Positions 33,051 to 46,439 of a stretch of DNA of 64,000 bases are shown one piece after another. Location of the stretch: assembly GCF_009914755.1 (NCBI RefSeq), contig NC_060929.1; one strand, 5' to 3'. The translations under genes were made by a program, and so were the position numbers. The notes below the pieces were generated by a model. It was not told the DNA's origin and searched no databases. It saw only the letters and a program-made list of their open reading frames with translations. Position 1 is the first letter of the stretch. Each line of letters begins with the position of its first letter. This DNA is from the human T2T-CHM13v2.0 reference genome, Homo sapiens.

Positions 33051-36000
33051 TAAATAACTCAATAAATAAAGCCAACGATAAAACCAAAAGGCAAAGTTGC
33101 AAGACTGACTTATTTTTAACTTTTATGTGTTGAGCTACTGTAAGCTTCATTTCTGTTACAGACTTATAGCAATTAACTATACAAAACATAAACATTGTTC
33201 TGAAAAATAAAAATATAGATAGATTTATCTCCACAACTCATAATTGGGAGTATTATACCCAGGAGGCTTTGTTACAAGGTATTTTATCCTGTTAGGAAAT
33301 ATTTTCCTTTAATTTTATAGTAAGCAGAAAATGTTTATGGTTGGGGTGGATGCAAAAGTGACACATAATAATTTAGAAGGCAACTAAACTTGTTTTACCA
33401 GCTGTTTAGGCATTTTTTACCATCTTTTGGATTTGGAGGGTTTGATCTTGACCTAATTTTATCCTTCAAAATGGCTCTTACAATTTTATGCACCCACCTC
33501 TTCCACGATAGTACCTGGGCCTAGAGTGAGGCAGCTTGTATAGTTTTGGCTGCAGGATATTAGCAGTGAAACAGATCCAGGGCCAGGGGATGCCAAATGA
33601 GGGAGATTCATATCTCTGATCTTCAGAATACCATGATTTTGGTTTCCTTGGAAGTAAAACAAGGAGAGATAAATAACATTTATAGTTTGACAGTTATAAG
33701 AGTAATTCATATGTTAGAATAGAAAAAGAAACCTATTCCATTAGAGCACCAACTAAAAATATAAAGAAAAATTATAATCTGGTACCTTCTAGAGGATTAT
33801 TGTAGCCAAGAAATAATTATTTAATCTGCACTTAAAATGTTAGGGCTGAAATCTAGTATTAAGTGTCATGTTCTTCCCTTAAAACAATTATTTTTTAACT
33901 ATTATTGAACTCATGCAGACAACTATACTGTTATAAAATTACAATCTATATTTTGGAGAACTCAGAAAGGTAAATTTGCTTACAAAAACATACTTTACCC
34001 AAACAACTTAAAAGAAAAAGATTTTCCTGATCCTCCTTTAACCAGGGCAGCAGCTTTTAAGACAAGACGTTTGTTTACCTTGGAAATGTTATTTACAAAC
34101 CAAACAGATAGACAAATAGAGTTTAGCAGCTTCTCACAATTAGTCCTAGGAAAAAGGCTCTCTGCTTATTAGGTAGCAAGATGTATGTAAACCATTTTTT
34201 ATTTTATCATGAAACTCTTTGGGAAACATTTTTTCCATTAGTATAGGGGTAGCTTCAGTTAATATTTCACAGCAAGGCAGTAAATGCCTCATCAAGTAGA
34301 ACTTCTCTAGCTCAGTCGGTGTTATTGAAAAGTACTCATAGTTTTTGCCATCAGCCCTGATAAATGCATTACACAAAAGGCTATGCAGTGGAGGATTTAC
34401 ATGAGCAGGTTGACATGTCTTCAGTTTTGTAGTACTAGAAAGGGGAAAACATCCCCCAGTTAGATATAGTACCCATTTTCATAAGACATTTAGGTAAACG
34501 GGGTTACAACTACCTTACATAAAGCGTGTTTAAACATTACATTTTATAATTCTATTAACCTTTATGTTTTTCTGTTCTGGTCCCAGGAAGCCTTTTTTTG
34601 CCCTAAACTATTTTACCTTGTCTGGTGAAAAGGGTTTGGGTTCCCGTCAGGGAGTTGCATCTGTAAGACTTATGAGGGACAGCAGACTTGATAAGGCTTC
34701 TTAAACAGACCTATGATTCTGTGGGAGGGGCACCCATGTAAAAGGAGCCCTCTTAACCCCCAAATTTACCATGACCCAGGTAATGAACATATTTGGTGGG
34801 AGGATATCCCAGTTATCATAAATCTAGTCCCACATGGCTTGCATATGAAACATATTAACTGCTTCATCTGGGGTATTTCACTTGGTATTTTATAGGGAAA
34901 GTTGGGCAGTCCCCTTCTCAAGGCCAACAGACCTTATAATGGCATTATCTGGTCCACTAGGCTGATTACTTTCTCAGGAATAACACCCTGTGCATTTGGG
35001 TCACATATACTCAGTATTCATTCAGTAATGAGCTGTGGGTCCTGCATTAATCCAAGCAAGCTCCTAAATTCTCTAGCATTTAAAATTAAAAATTTGGTCC
35101 TTAAAGTGGTTATTTTTATAATCCACCATTTTTAAAGAAACTGAATGATACCAATCTACAAACTGGAAAAATTCCTTTGCATTACACCCTCTGGTTTTTA
35201 ATGGTTACTTGGTTTTACTGTTCTCCCATATCAACTATTTTCTTGGTAACCACAGGGCTCAGAGTTAACTCTTGATGCCCTGGCTTTTGTTTTTTTAAAT
35301 TTATTTCATTTTATCTGTATAACTTTCTTCATTTTAGCTGTATAATTTTGCTTCATTTATAAAGCAACTCTTAAATAGTTTCTTAACCAAAAAGTAACAT
35401 ATTTTTTGAGAATTGACATCCTTGTGTTTATAAAATTCTAACAAAGGCACATTTCATGCTTTCACTATTTTAACTTTTTAGTAACCCAAATTTCTGTGGA
35501 AAAAAACCCAAGCATTTAAACATGACTTTAAGGTTTTTAAACTACTGGACAATTTGGAGATTAAATTTACCAAATTAATTTTTACCAAATATTACCAAAG
35601 TTATGTAAATAAAAAGGGATCTGAGCTAGCTTTTACTAATCTGGTAAGCATTTACATTTTTGTAAGTTAAGTGATTAGAACTTTTTCATGCAGTTTGTTA
35701 GTGAAATATCACCTCTACATGACACATATAAAGATAGAGATATAACAGGCATGCAGAATAAAAGGCATGTTCAAAAGATACATTATTTGCCTGTTTTAAG
35801 AAACAATTTTTCTCCCTTACTGCAGATAATTAGTAAAAGTTACAGGAGCCAACAAAAGGTGAAGGAGAGAGCCATCATTCAAGGCCTTTTCAAAAGAGAA
35901 AGCTTGGCACTTTTAAGATATCAATCTGAAGAATGTTAAAAAACAGATTATAGAATTTAAAAATTTAAAAATATCTTGCATTACAAATAAGTCAATATTT

Positions 36001-38408
36001 GTAATAAAATCTTGTTTTTATCAATTATTTAGTTTTGTATTTGTGCATTTTTTTAAATATTAAAGACCCATCTCTATAAAGATTATTATGATTTCCTTTT
36101 AATTATAGCCAACTGAATTATACAACCCCTTAAAAATTCATTTTACTAACCTTATTATGACTTACACAGACCATTCACAGAAGTTAGACTTTTTGTTTTA
36201 CCCTAAATATCTCTCTTTCTTGAACAATCCAGTTATTTTATTTTAGGGCAAAAATTCACCACACAAGGTTCTTTCTTATATAAAATTACTTTCCTTTTTC
36301 ACCTCTTTTTTTAACTAAACATGCCTCTTTATATCTTTCTTGACAGCTCTTATTTCCTGATTCCTTTACCTTACTTCATACATAACCCTTAAATAAGCTT
36401 TGAATTAGACAAAGATATTTTACCTTTAATAAGAACATTTAAAAAAAAGTTTTCCTGTAATTCTTAAATTGGAAATTGCCCAGATACTTAATATCAATTA
36501 ATAACCTTAGATCCTAAATTATGACAAGTTTGTTTACAAGCATTTATTCCATTACATTTACCTGATTAATTTAATAGTTTACCTAGATTATTTACAAAAA
36601 AAACTATAATAGCCAATATTCAAAGTTATTTTTCTATTAACCATTTTTATAGCTGTGAATTTTATGTATTTACTTAAGTAATAAAACTTATGGTTACTTT
36701 TAAGGGTATTTATACCAACAACTCAATATTTAGCTATTTTCATTTAAGCCAACAATATTTCATAAGCATGTACAAGCAAAGATCATTCTGTCTTGGGCTG
36801 GGTTTCATAGTTTATAACCCTTATGGCAAATCATACAGTATTCTGCAGGAATAAACATGAAACTACTTGCTTAATATATGTAAACAAAATGTTTACAATT
36901 CTAAAGATATTGCTGATATTATTTTACCAATAATTTCAAAGCTGACTTATTTAGTAAAGATTTTACTTAAGTCATGTGAACTTGGAAAAGCATTTGACTA
37001 GTCTCTTTTTTTTAGCATCTGATTTAAGCATTTTTTATAGCCAGTTAATTAGAGCTCTTCATATATTTTTACTAGTGAAAATATTGTGTACACACACATA
37101 AATATGTTGATGTATTAGGCATACTGATAGAAGCATATCCTATAGGTTCATAAAGACCTTTTTTTCCTATTTTTAAAAATCTAACCCTAAGCAGTTGTCA
37201 GCTAAATGGCCTTAAATTTGCATATTAAAGGCAACTCAGGTGAACAAGAGATAGCAAAATTAGTCTGGTGTGCTAGAGGGAAATTAAAACGGATTCAGTT
37301 GCCAATTGAACATAAAATTACAGAAGTCTATTATAAAGGCCTTTAAATATATACACGCACAAATACAAAGCTCCCATAGCTATTACTTCAGTACTTTAGC
37401 CATGAGATAAATACAACTTTGCCAACTTGCAAAAACATTGTTAGATCTGAACAGTGGTTTTTATCTCAGTAGAAAAGTTACAGCAGACTTACAGCAGGCA
37501 GAAGAGAAAACAGAACCTAGGTACTCTATAGTTTGTAGGTCTACCCTAGGACTCTTTTTTCCCTAATGTAAATGTGCACAAAGACTGTATTAGTTCCATT
37601 TTACATAAACTTTGTCAAGTAGAGGTGCCATAAAACCTATGAAGTGCCCGAAAGTGGGTTATTCTCCTTGTTTTCTACTTATTAAATCTTTTCCCGCTTT
37701 TTTTTTTTTTCTTAAAAGGAGGAACTGAGCTGTAGCCTAGGGTTATTGTGTGGTGGATGGATGCATGCTCCTTGTGGACAGCACTCCACAGTGTGTCACC
37801 ACTGAGTCATTTCCACCCTCTTACATGTCTCAGTTTGTCTCTCCAGAGGTCTATGACCTATGAGAGGGCTCAAAACTCTGGGTGATCAGCCCTTATATGC
37901 ATTTCCTGGATGAGCCATTTTAAAATTAAGTCTTGTTGGGGATTTCCCTGCAGGGCTGCTGCACATCATGGGAGGTCAACCCCCCAGACCCTCCCAGGAG
38001 GCCCCTGGTCACTCAGGGGCACCTTTCGGCCGGGAGGAACAAATGCCCTTTCTCTTTGGAGCTGAAAAACTTAGTCTCTCATTTATCTGTGAAAACAACA
38101 GTTCCATTCCTCATGAAAATGCACACAGAAAAACCAAATCAAGATAAATTTTAGGATAAAAAGCAATATAGAATTCCCTTTAGAATGCATCTCCAAACTC
38201 AACTATGATCCTTAAACAACAATTTCCTAGGAGAAAACCAGCTCAGAATAAATCAAAGACTGACTATCAACCAGGGGGGTCCAGGGCTCAGAACTTACCA
38301 GTTCCACCAGAGGAGAAGCTCTAAGTTGGACAGGCTTTAATGGGCCCCGCTGGTACCTTAGCTCCAAGTTTGGGCAACTCCTTCGGAGTCCTGCATCTTC
38401 TCTGAGGT

Positions 38409-38427
38409 CCCATGTGTTTGGGCGCCA
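38409..38427 (-). promoter_or_regulatory. Primer-binding site of the MER4E provirus, tRNA-Lys-like
   Basis: Minus strand TGGCGCCCAAACACATGGG a few nt inside the 5' LTR boundary; resembles Lys PBSs beginning TGGCGCCC. Confidence 0.6.
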
Positions 38428-38433
38428 AGTTAT

Positions 38434-39197
38434 TGTTGATGTAAAGAGTCGAACTCTGTAAGATATTTTAAGAGATTTATTCTGAACCAAATATCAGTGA
38501 CCATGGCCCATGACACAGCTCTCAGGAGGTCCTGAGAACATGTGCCCAAGGTGATTGGGGTAGAACTTGGTTTTCTATATTTTAGGGAGGCATGAGACAT
38601 CAATCAAATACAATTAAGAAATACATTGGTTTGGTTCAGAAAGGTGGGACAACTCAAAGCAGGGGCTTCCAGGCTATAGGTAAATTTAAACATGTTCTGG
38701 TTGACAATTGGTTGAGTTTATCTGAAGATCTGAAATCAATAGAAAGGAAGCATTCAGGTTAAGATCAAGGATTGTGGGGAATAAGTTTTATTGTGCCGAG
38801 GAAGCTCTCAGACAGCAGACTTCGCGACAGAAGGTTGTAAAATATTTCTTATCTGACTTAAAAGGGTACCTGACTCTAAGTTGATTATCCCCTGGATATG
38901 GAAAGGAAGGAAGGAAAACAAAGAGGAAATGGGATTCTCTAGAGAATGTGGATTTTTCCCACAAGAGGGTTTGCAGGGCAAATTCAAGGTATGGTAAGGA
39001 AATATATTATGGGGTAAAACATTTTGATTTCTTTCTTGTTATGCCAGAGATAGGTTGGAAGGTAAATCATGATAAACAGGGTCAAATAAAGCCCATCTGA
39101 TGAGAATTTATGGTTTGTAGGGCATGACTCCCCAGACCCCTTAGATAAGAATTTGGGCAAGACAAAAAAACAAAGAAAAATCAGAGCTTCATCCTCA
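38434..39197 (-). mobile_element. MER4E/MER4E1-like 5' LTR
   Basis: Colinear copy of 24343-25100; TG...CA termini; TSD AAGT follows. Confidence 0.88.
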
Positions 39198-39971
39198 AAG
39201 TAAAGTGAAGAAAATAATTCCGAGCAAACTTGCTGCAGAAAGATAATCTGACTTAAGTTTGTATTCCAAGTTCTTATTTTGCTTCGGTTAGTCTTGAATT
39301 TGATTATAAATCTGTGTTGGGAGCTATTTTAAGTGACTACGTATATTTTGAGCATACTAATGTTCAAAATATGCTTGAAATAAAATTTTAGAAAGCTTAA
39401 TAGTACTTCAAAGTGTAACATAATTTTTATTCATGAATACATATTTAGGGTTAATAAAATAAGGAAAAGCCTTAATAAAAGATTCTACATTTGCAAAGAT
39501 ACTAGTGTAATTATGAAGCAAAGATTTAGATTATTTTGAAGTCAAAACAATGTCTTAGTTTTCAAAACATAAGGATTACTATTGAAGACGTTTCTATGTA
39601 GATCATTTCAAATGAAGCACAGAAAGGAAAAACATTATTTTGTTTGGGATTCCCTAAGGAAATTAAAAAATATATACTGGAGATCATATAAATCAGAATT
39701 TATGAATTATTGTTTGAGTTATCCAAAATGCAACAGCAATACTGGGACATGTTCTTTGGAGGATCTCAGAGAATGAGAAGAGGGAGAAAGAGATAAAAGA
39801 GATCAAAGAAATAAGTAGTCATCACCCAGCCAGCTCATGGAGTCTTTGTGCTTCAGTGAGTACAGATCCAAGAGAGCCGTTGCCTGTCCTATCACTCAAA
39901 CTCACAAAAGCTCAGTTCCTGAAGACCTAAAGCACCCTTGTGACAGATCCTGAATAGCTTGTGCTTCCTGA

Positions 39972-40615
<644 letters not shown>

Positions 40616-40886
40616 TCCAGAGTAGCTTTTATTGGCTTTATTTTGCTTTTCTCACCAGCCTTAACATGAGTATTGGTATTTAGGTGATAGGATTCCTAGA
40701 CTGGCTAATTATGATTTTACAAAAGAGTTGACATGTATGTTGTTGGCATCCCAGTTTGTACTGGTTTGCACGTTTTACTCCCAGCTTAAAAGCAAGAGAG
40801 AAAGAAAGAGAGAGACTTAAAATTCAGTCATCAAGTGATTGAAAATAAAATAAAGTCCATTCCACCTAAATACCTACTATATTCAC

Positions 40887-41232
40887 TGATATGGTTTGGC
40901 TCTGTGTTCACACCCAAATGTCACTGTGATAATCTCCGCATGTCAAGGGCAGGACCAGGTGGAGGTAAATGGATCATAGGGGCAGTTTCCCCATGCTGTT
41001 TTTGTGATAATGAGTGAGTCTCATGAGATCTGGTGGTTTTATAAGCATCCAGCATTTCCCCTGCTTGCACTCATTCTCTCTCCTGCTGCCCTGTGAAGAC
41101 GTGCCTTCATTACTGTAAGTTTTATGAGGCCTCCCCAGCAATGTGGAACTATAAGTCAATTAAACCTCTTTCCTTTATAAACTACCCAGACTTGGGCAGT
41201 TCTTTATAGCAGCATGAGAATGAACTAATACA
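40887..41232 (+). mobile_element. THE1 (C/D-like) MaLR solo LTR
   Basis: TGATATGGTTTGGCTCTGTG ... GAACTAATACA; ~345 bp. Confidence 0.9.
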
Positions 41233-41299
41233 TTTATAAACCACCTACAAATGGATTCATCAAATGATTGCTTGAAACTGACATCTATGTTCTATATCA

Positions 41300-41685
41300 T
41301 CCGTGGTGGTGATTAAAATGTACCACCTGGATGCCTCTTCAGTGAAGGAACCATTGCCTCAGCTACAGGGGTTTGCCAGAAGACAACTAGGGCTATCATT
41401 CCCTTCAGGGACTGTCTCATTTGAAAAAAGTCTCCTCAACCAAGGTCATGTCATTCCTGGAGCAGCTGACAGCTAATAACTTCTTGATACAGGAGCATAA
41501 AGTCTTGGCTATCTTGGCCTGATGAGGAACATCTCTCAAGGATCTTTCTGGCTTAAAGTTCCTCAGGCCTGCATCACAGCTTGATGTGTCCCTTGGATAA
41601 GTGTTGATTCCAGCATAGTCCTAGGTAAATATCCTACACACTAAACTCAGTCCCAGAGTCTCCTTCCAGGAGAACTGAACATGTA
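41300..41685 (+). mobile_element. LTR16-like ERVL LTR
   Basis: CCCTTCAGGGACTGTCTCA...CCAAGGTCATG...CCTACACACTAAACTCAGTCCCAGAGTCTCCTTCC. Confidence 0.6.
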
Positions 41686-42162
41686 CTCATATTAGATTCA
41701 CATTTATGTGTGTTTTCCTTTGTCTCACTGAAGCAGGCAACATGAAAAAATGTATGTCTTAGTAAGGGGCAGCTCATCCTTCCCTATGAAAATTATCCAA
41801 CATTCCCAAACTTGTTGGCCACCCAAGCTCTCAGTGTCTCTACTTTGTGCTTCTGCTTGAATAATGTGACAGGGAAGTTCATTACTGTGATTAATTTAGT
41901 TAAAGTGGTACAGGAAATGGAGATGCCTTTATAACTACCAGTATAATAAAAGTCTTTTAAGTATTTTAACATAATAGAGAAAGAAAGTAATCTCTGTGAT
42001 CTGCATGAAAAGCTGTGCTGGAGAGTTTTTATACGGCCACATTCTCTAAGTCAGGCTATACTGATAAAAAAAAAAAAAAGAATAAAGGTGTTAATGAGCC
42101 TAAATCCAACTGTTCTGTGAATCTGAGCTAATTAGGTGACAAACACAAATTTGTATGCACCA

Positions 42163-42271
42163 AGAGAAAGAGAGAGAAACAGAGAGAAGAAGAAGAAAGA
42201 CAGGAAAGAAGGAAGGAAAGAAAAAAAAGGACAGAGGAAAGAAGGAAGGGAGGGAAAAAAGAAAAGAAAAA
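42163..42271. repeat. GA-rich low-complexity tract
   Basis: Purine tract seen directly. Confidence 0.9.
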
Positions 42272-42412
42272 TGGGTAGGTGGAATAAAAAAAGACACCAA
42301 AAGTTCTGATGCCCTCAAAATTTCAGAAGAAGTCATAACCCCAAATGCCTAAACAATCAGGGAGTTGGTGTAAATGTATGACATGGGCTAAGTGTGTGAT
42401 CAACAGGGAATG

Positions 42413-42655
42413 TCAGGGACTGTGGCAAAGTAGAAATTGACTGCCCCATCCAAAAGCAGCAGCCACTTTTTACCTCCAGCCCACTCTTTTCTTGGAATAA
42501 AATAGAGGTAGTATTGCCAGGTCTTTCAATTTTGTTAAAGAAGACATCAACTCAGAATTTTTATAAAGTTTTTTGACTTACAAAATATCCTGAAATCCAC
42601 ACCAAGTGCCTTTGCAGGTCAGATGTTGCCCTGGAGCTGTAGTTCGCAAATCCTT
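42413..42655. mobile_element. MER103-like hAT-Charlie relic
   Basis: CAGGGACTGTGGCAAAG ... GTATTGCCAGGTCTTTCAATTTT ... GCAGGTCAGATGTTGCCC; family from memory. Confidence 0.5.
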
Positions 42656-43473
42656 TCAGAATACTGATTATAATATACTGGTGACTTTTTGGTCACATGT
42701 TTCTTAAGGTATATGCAAATCAATCTTTGTGAATGTTACCATATTTTAAATCACAAAATTTCACTATTTAATGTAAACTCCCTAAAGATTTACCTGTTTG
42801 GTAAGCTTTTTTTTTTTTTTTAAAGTAAAATGTCTTCCTGTTGTAGTGGGATTACTTGTGGATCCCTTGGATAGACCAATTGGAAAGGAAGTAGTTACAT
42901 TTCTAACGTAATGACATATAATGCAAAATCCATATGGTGTGGAGAGGGCAGATTGAAGGGGCATTCAGTAAACCAGAGTTTACCTTATGCAGAATATTTC
43001 TCTCATTTTCTATTTCTAGATGTAACATCACTTCTAAAACATCATTAACAATAACTCATTAGTTGAGCTAAAACCAAACTATTCAATGTCTTGAAACAGC
43101 ATAATCTATTTTTAAATTGAGATATTATTCATGTAACCATAAGATTCATCCTGTTACAGTGATCCTGTTAACAATTCAGTGGTTTTTAGTATATTTGCAA
43201 AGCTGCATAGCCATCACCACTAACTAATTTCAGAACATTTTCATGACTTGCCCCCACTACCCTGAAAAAAAAAAAAATTATGATTATTAGCAGTCACTCC
43301 CCTTTTCCTTTGCTCCCAGCCCCTGGAAACATCTAATCTACTTTCTGTCTCTACAGATTTGTGTATTCTGAACATGTCATATAAATGGAATTATATATTT
43401 GTCATTTTGTGTCTGTCTTCTTTCACTTAGCAAAATGTTTTCAAGGCTTGTCTGATTGTGGCATTAATCAGTG

Positions 43474-43924
43474 TAGTTGACCCTTGAACAATATAGGAGT
43501 TAGGGGCCCTGACCTTTGGCACTGTCAAAAATTCCAGTGTAACTTTTTTCTCCCCCAAACTTAACTACTGATAGCTTTCTGTTGACCAATTGCCTTTCTG
43601 ATAACATACACAATAGAAATACCTATATTGCATGTTAAATGTATTACACAATACAATCGGTAAAATATATTTATCTTACAATAAAATAAGCTGGAAGAAA
43701 ATATTATTAAGAAAAATCACAAGGAAGAGAAAATGTATTTACTATTCATTAAGTGGAAATGGGTCATCATATAAGTTCTTCATCCTTACTGTCTTCACAT
43801 TGTCTGAGGAGAAGGGGGAAGAGGAGGGATTGGTCTCATTATCTCAGGAGTGGCAGAGGTGGAAGAAAATTTGTGTACAGGTGGACCTTCACAGTTCAAA
43901 CATGTGTTGTTTGAGGACAAAGTG
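43474..43924 (+). mobile_element. Tigger2a (MER28-like) TcMar DNA transposon
   Basis: Decayed terminal inverted repeats TAGTTGACCCTTGAACAA ... TGTTGTTTGAGGACAAAGTG followed by TA; ~450 bp. Confidence 0.82.
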
Positions 43925-44111
43925 TATTTCATTCTTTTTTATGGCTGAATAATATTCTGTTGTATGGACATACCACATTTTATTTATCCACTTGTTTCTG
44001 CTTTGTGGCTATTATGAATAACCTAAGAACATTTGTGTACATGTTTTCATGAAGATATATGAATTCATTTCCCTTGGCTATATACTTAGGTATGGAATTG
44101 TTGGGTCATAT

Positions 44112-44521
44112 TCAGTCAGGAGTTTTTCCTGCTGATGCATTAGTGGTCTTGCTAACTTTGAAGAATGAAGCTGCAGACTTTCGTGGTGAGTGTTAACAGT
44201 CCAAAAAGAGTCCATGGACCAGGAGAGTGAGGAACAGTGCAGTTTACTGAACAAAGTGAAGGGAAAGCTTCCACGTGGTGGATGGGGACCCAGAAGGGTT
44301 GCTGTTGCTGGCTCGGATGGCTAGGGCTTATATCCCTATGTTACCCCCTCCCCTTTCTTTCTTTTTGCCCATTGAGAGTGGTTCTTTTTTCAATCTTCCC
44401 TCAGAGTGGTTAATTTTGAATCCTTCACTCGAATGGTTAAGAACTCAAAACCCTGAGTCACAGGGGTCTTTTGCAAAAGTCCTTCAATCGGCCCAGGAAG
44501 TCCCACCAACTCTACCCCTCA
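44112..44521 (-). mobile_element. 3' LTR (~410 bp, LTR12/LTR30-like U5; exact family not assigned)
   Basis: GAAGAATGAAGCTGCAGAC...GGTGAGTGTTAACAG resembles the LTR12 U5; TATA-like GATATAAG on the minus strand. Confidence 0.85.
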
Positions 44522-44559
44522 GTCTCCCCTCTCAACAGGAGAGCCCAACTGCTGTTGGG

Positions 44560-46360
44560 TGTGGGACGATGACCGCTGAAACTGCTTCCTGCTGAGTAGG
44601 GGCATAGAAGGGTCCCTGCCGCTGAGGTTTCCTCATGAGAGGTGGTTTGGGTGTCAATATCTGGGTATGGGCTGGCAGGCTAGTCTAGGAGTCCTTGATA
44701 ATAGGTGCTGGTTGAAGTCATCCGAGGTTCCATCTGCAGTACCATTTGTAGTTTCACTGATTCTATTCATGAAGAAATGAAACAGATTAGGGAATTGAAA
44801 AGACATGGGCCAAAGGTTACTCGTAGAATAATCATAAGGAGGGGACCTAGAAATGGAAGAAGCCAGGGGAGAACACATTGTGAGAACCATGAGGTAGCTT
44901 CAGTTGTCCCACCGTGTAGTCTGCTGCCTCTATCCTGAAGTCGTTTAATTCCATCTCTGACTATGCATGATTTATTGACATAAAAACAACACTCCTCATT
45001 CAGAAAAAGGCATGTTCCTACCCTTTCAGCAGAGAGGAGATCTAGTGCTCACTGGTTCTGGAGAACCACAGCTGCTAATAGTCTATTCGGTCCCGGATTT
45101 GAGTAAGTTGGACAGAGATTTCATCTAGGCTTTCTCTTACTTATTTAGAGAGTGTCAAGAACACTGTGAGTCCAGCGGTTCCAGTTCGTAGGGTGGTAGT
45201 AAAACCTAAACCAGCCAATAGAGGAAGTAGTGAGATTGCTCTTGGCTGAAGCTTAGCATGAATGGGCATGGCTACTGCCTCTTCTGAAAAGGAGTAAGTC
45301 GAGGAGTTACAATGTAGGCTAAAGTACAAGTTCCCATCCAGTTGGTGGGGAAGCAAACATAGAAGGATTTCCACACACAAAGAAAACTCCTTGCCAGGAT
45401 TCTACACACCCCGTAGCTGAAAATCTAATAAGGGCTGAGGTCAGTCTGCATTAGTTTCTCATTCTCATGATTTGAGGGTTTGGGACAAATGGCCACTCCT
45501 AGAGGTTGGAGCTGAATAGAATTTGACAAGGACATATTATGGGGTTCCTCTAAGGCAAACCAAGGGCTAGCTGCGTTAAGAAAAACTTCTGTTCCGGGGA
45601 CAGGAAGAGAGAGCAATGGGGTTTTAACCCTTCACCTGTGAGAGAGGGAAAAAGTCCCCAGAGGGGAATAACCTGGGCAAAGGGAAGTCTGCCCCAGCAG
45701 TAATTGCTTGTTGTTTTGGCCTCTGCTGGGGGAATTATCTGGCTTGGGTTGTTAAATCTTAATGGATAGGTGACTGAAATGGGATCTCCAAGGAGATCTT
45801 GTTTATTTCCACCAAACGTGGGGGTGCCATTAATGGTACTGTAGGAATTAGAATATTTGGACTCTATATCCAAGGCAAGCATATAGTTGCAGCTAGCCAC
45901 GTGTCCCACATCCTGTGATCCTGGAAACACTTGACAGAAGATACAAAGGAGTGGAGGTCAAAAGAAGGAGGTTACTGTGCCCACAGAACCTATGATTGTG
46001 TTGGTTGATATAGTGAATTGTCAGAGAACGGCAGCGGCTGCTTTTAAGACTGCTTGAGCCCTGTTGGGGAAATTGGACCTATCACTAGGATGAAAAAATC
46101 CTGGGCCCTTAGAAGTGTTAGCTATGAATAAGGCCAAAGAGGTTTCCACCCATATGTTAAGGGGTGGCTGGAACTGCTGTACATAAGGGGGAATTAAGGT
46201 TCATGCAAACCCATCAGGAAGAGTTACTCTGGCTGGGATGTGCTTCAAATAAAAACTGGGAGGACATGTTTATAATTCCCTCAAGTTTAGGGGAAAAGGT
46301 TGAGTGGGAAAAGGTTAAGACCTAGGCAAAGGTAAGGAAAGTTAGGATGTTAGAGTACAT
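44560..46360 (-). pseudogene. env: Gamma-type env, disrupted
   Basis: Cleavage/fusion region QPR/AISLLPLLAGLG; ISD LQNQ*ALDLLSAERVG; CX6CC (CLFLNEECC); SU CWVC motif with its first codon now TGA; many stops. Confidence 0.85.
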
Positions 46361-46439
46361 TTTGTTTTTAAAACAAGAACTGAGGTAGAACTTATGAGCA
46401 CTAATTACTTTCCTGTGGTTTTTCCTTCTGAAAGAAGAT

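Noticed and set aside
44560-46360. Domesticated syncytin-like env
   Set aside because: Stops in the signal region, the CXXC motif and the ISD, plus frameshifts.
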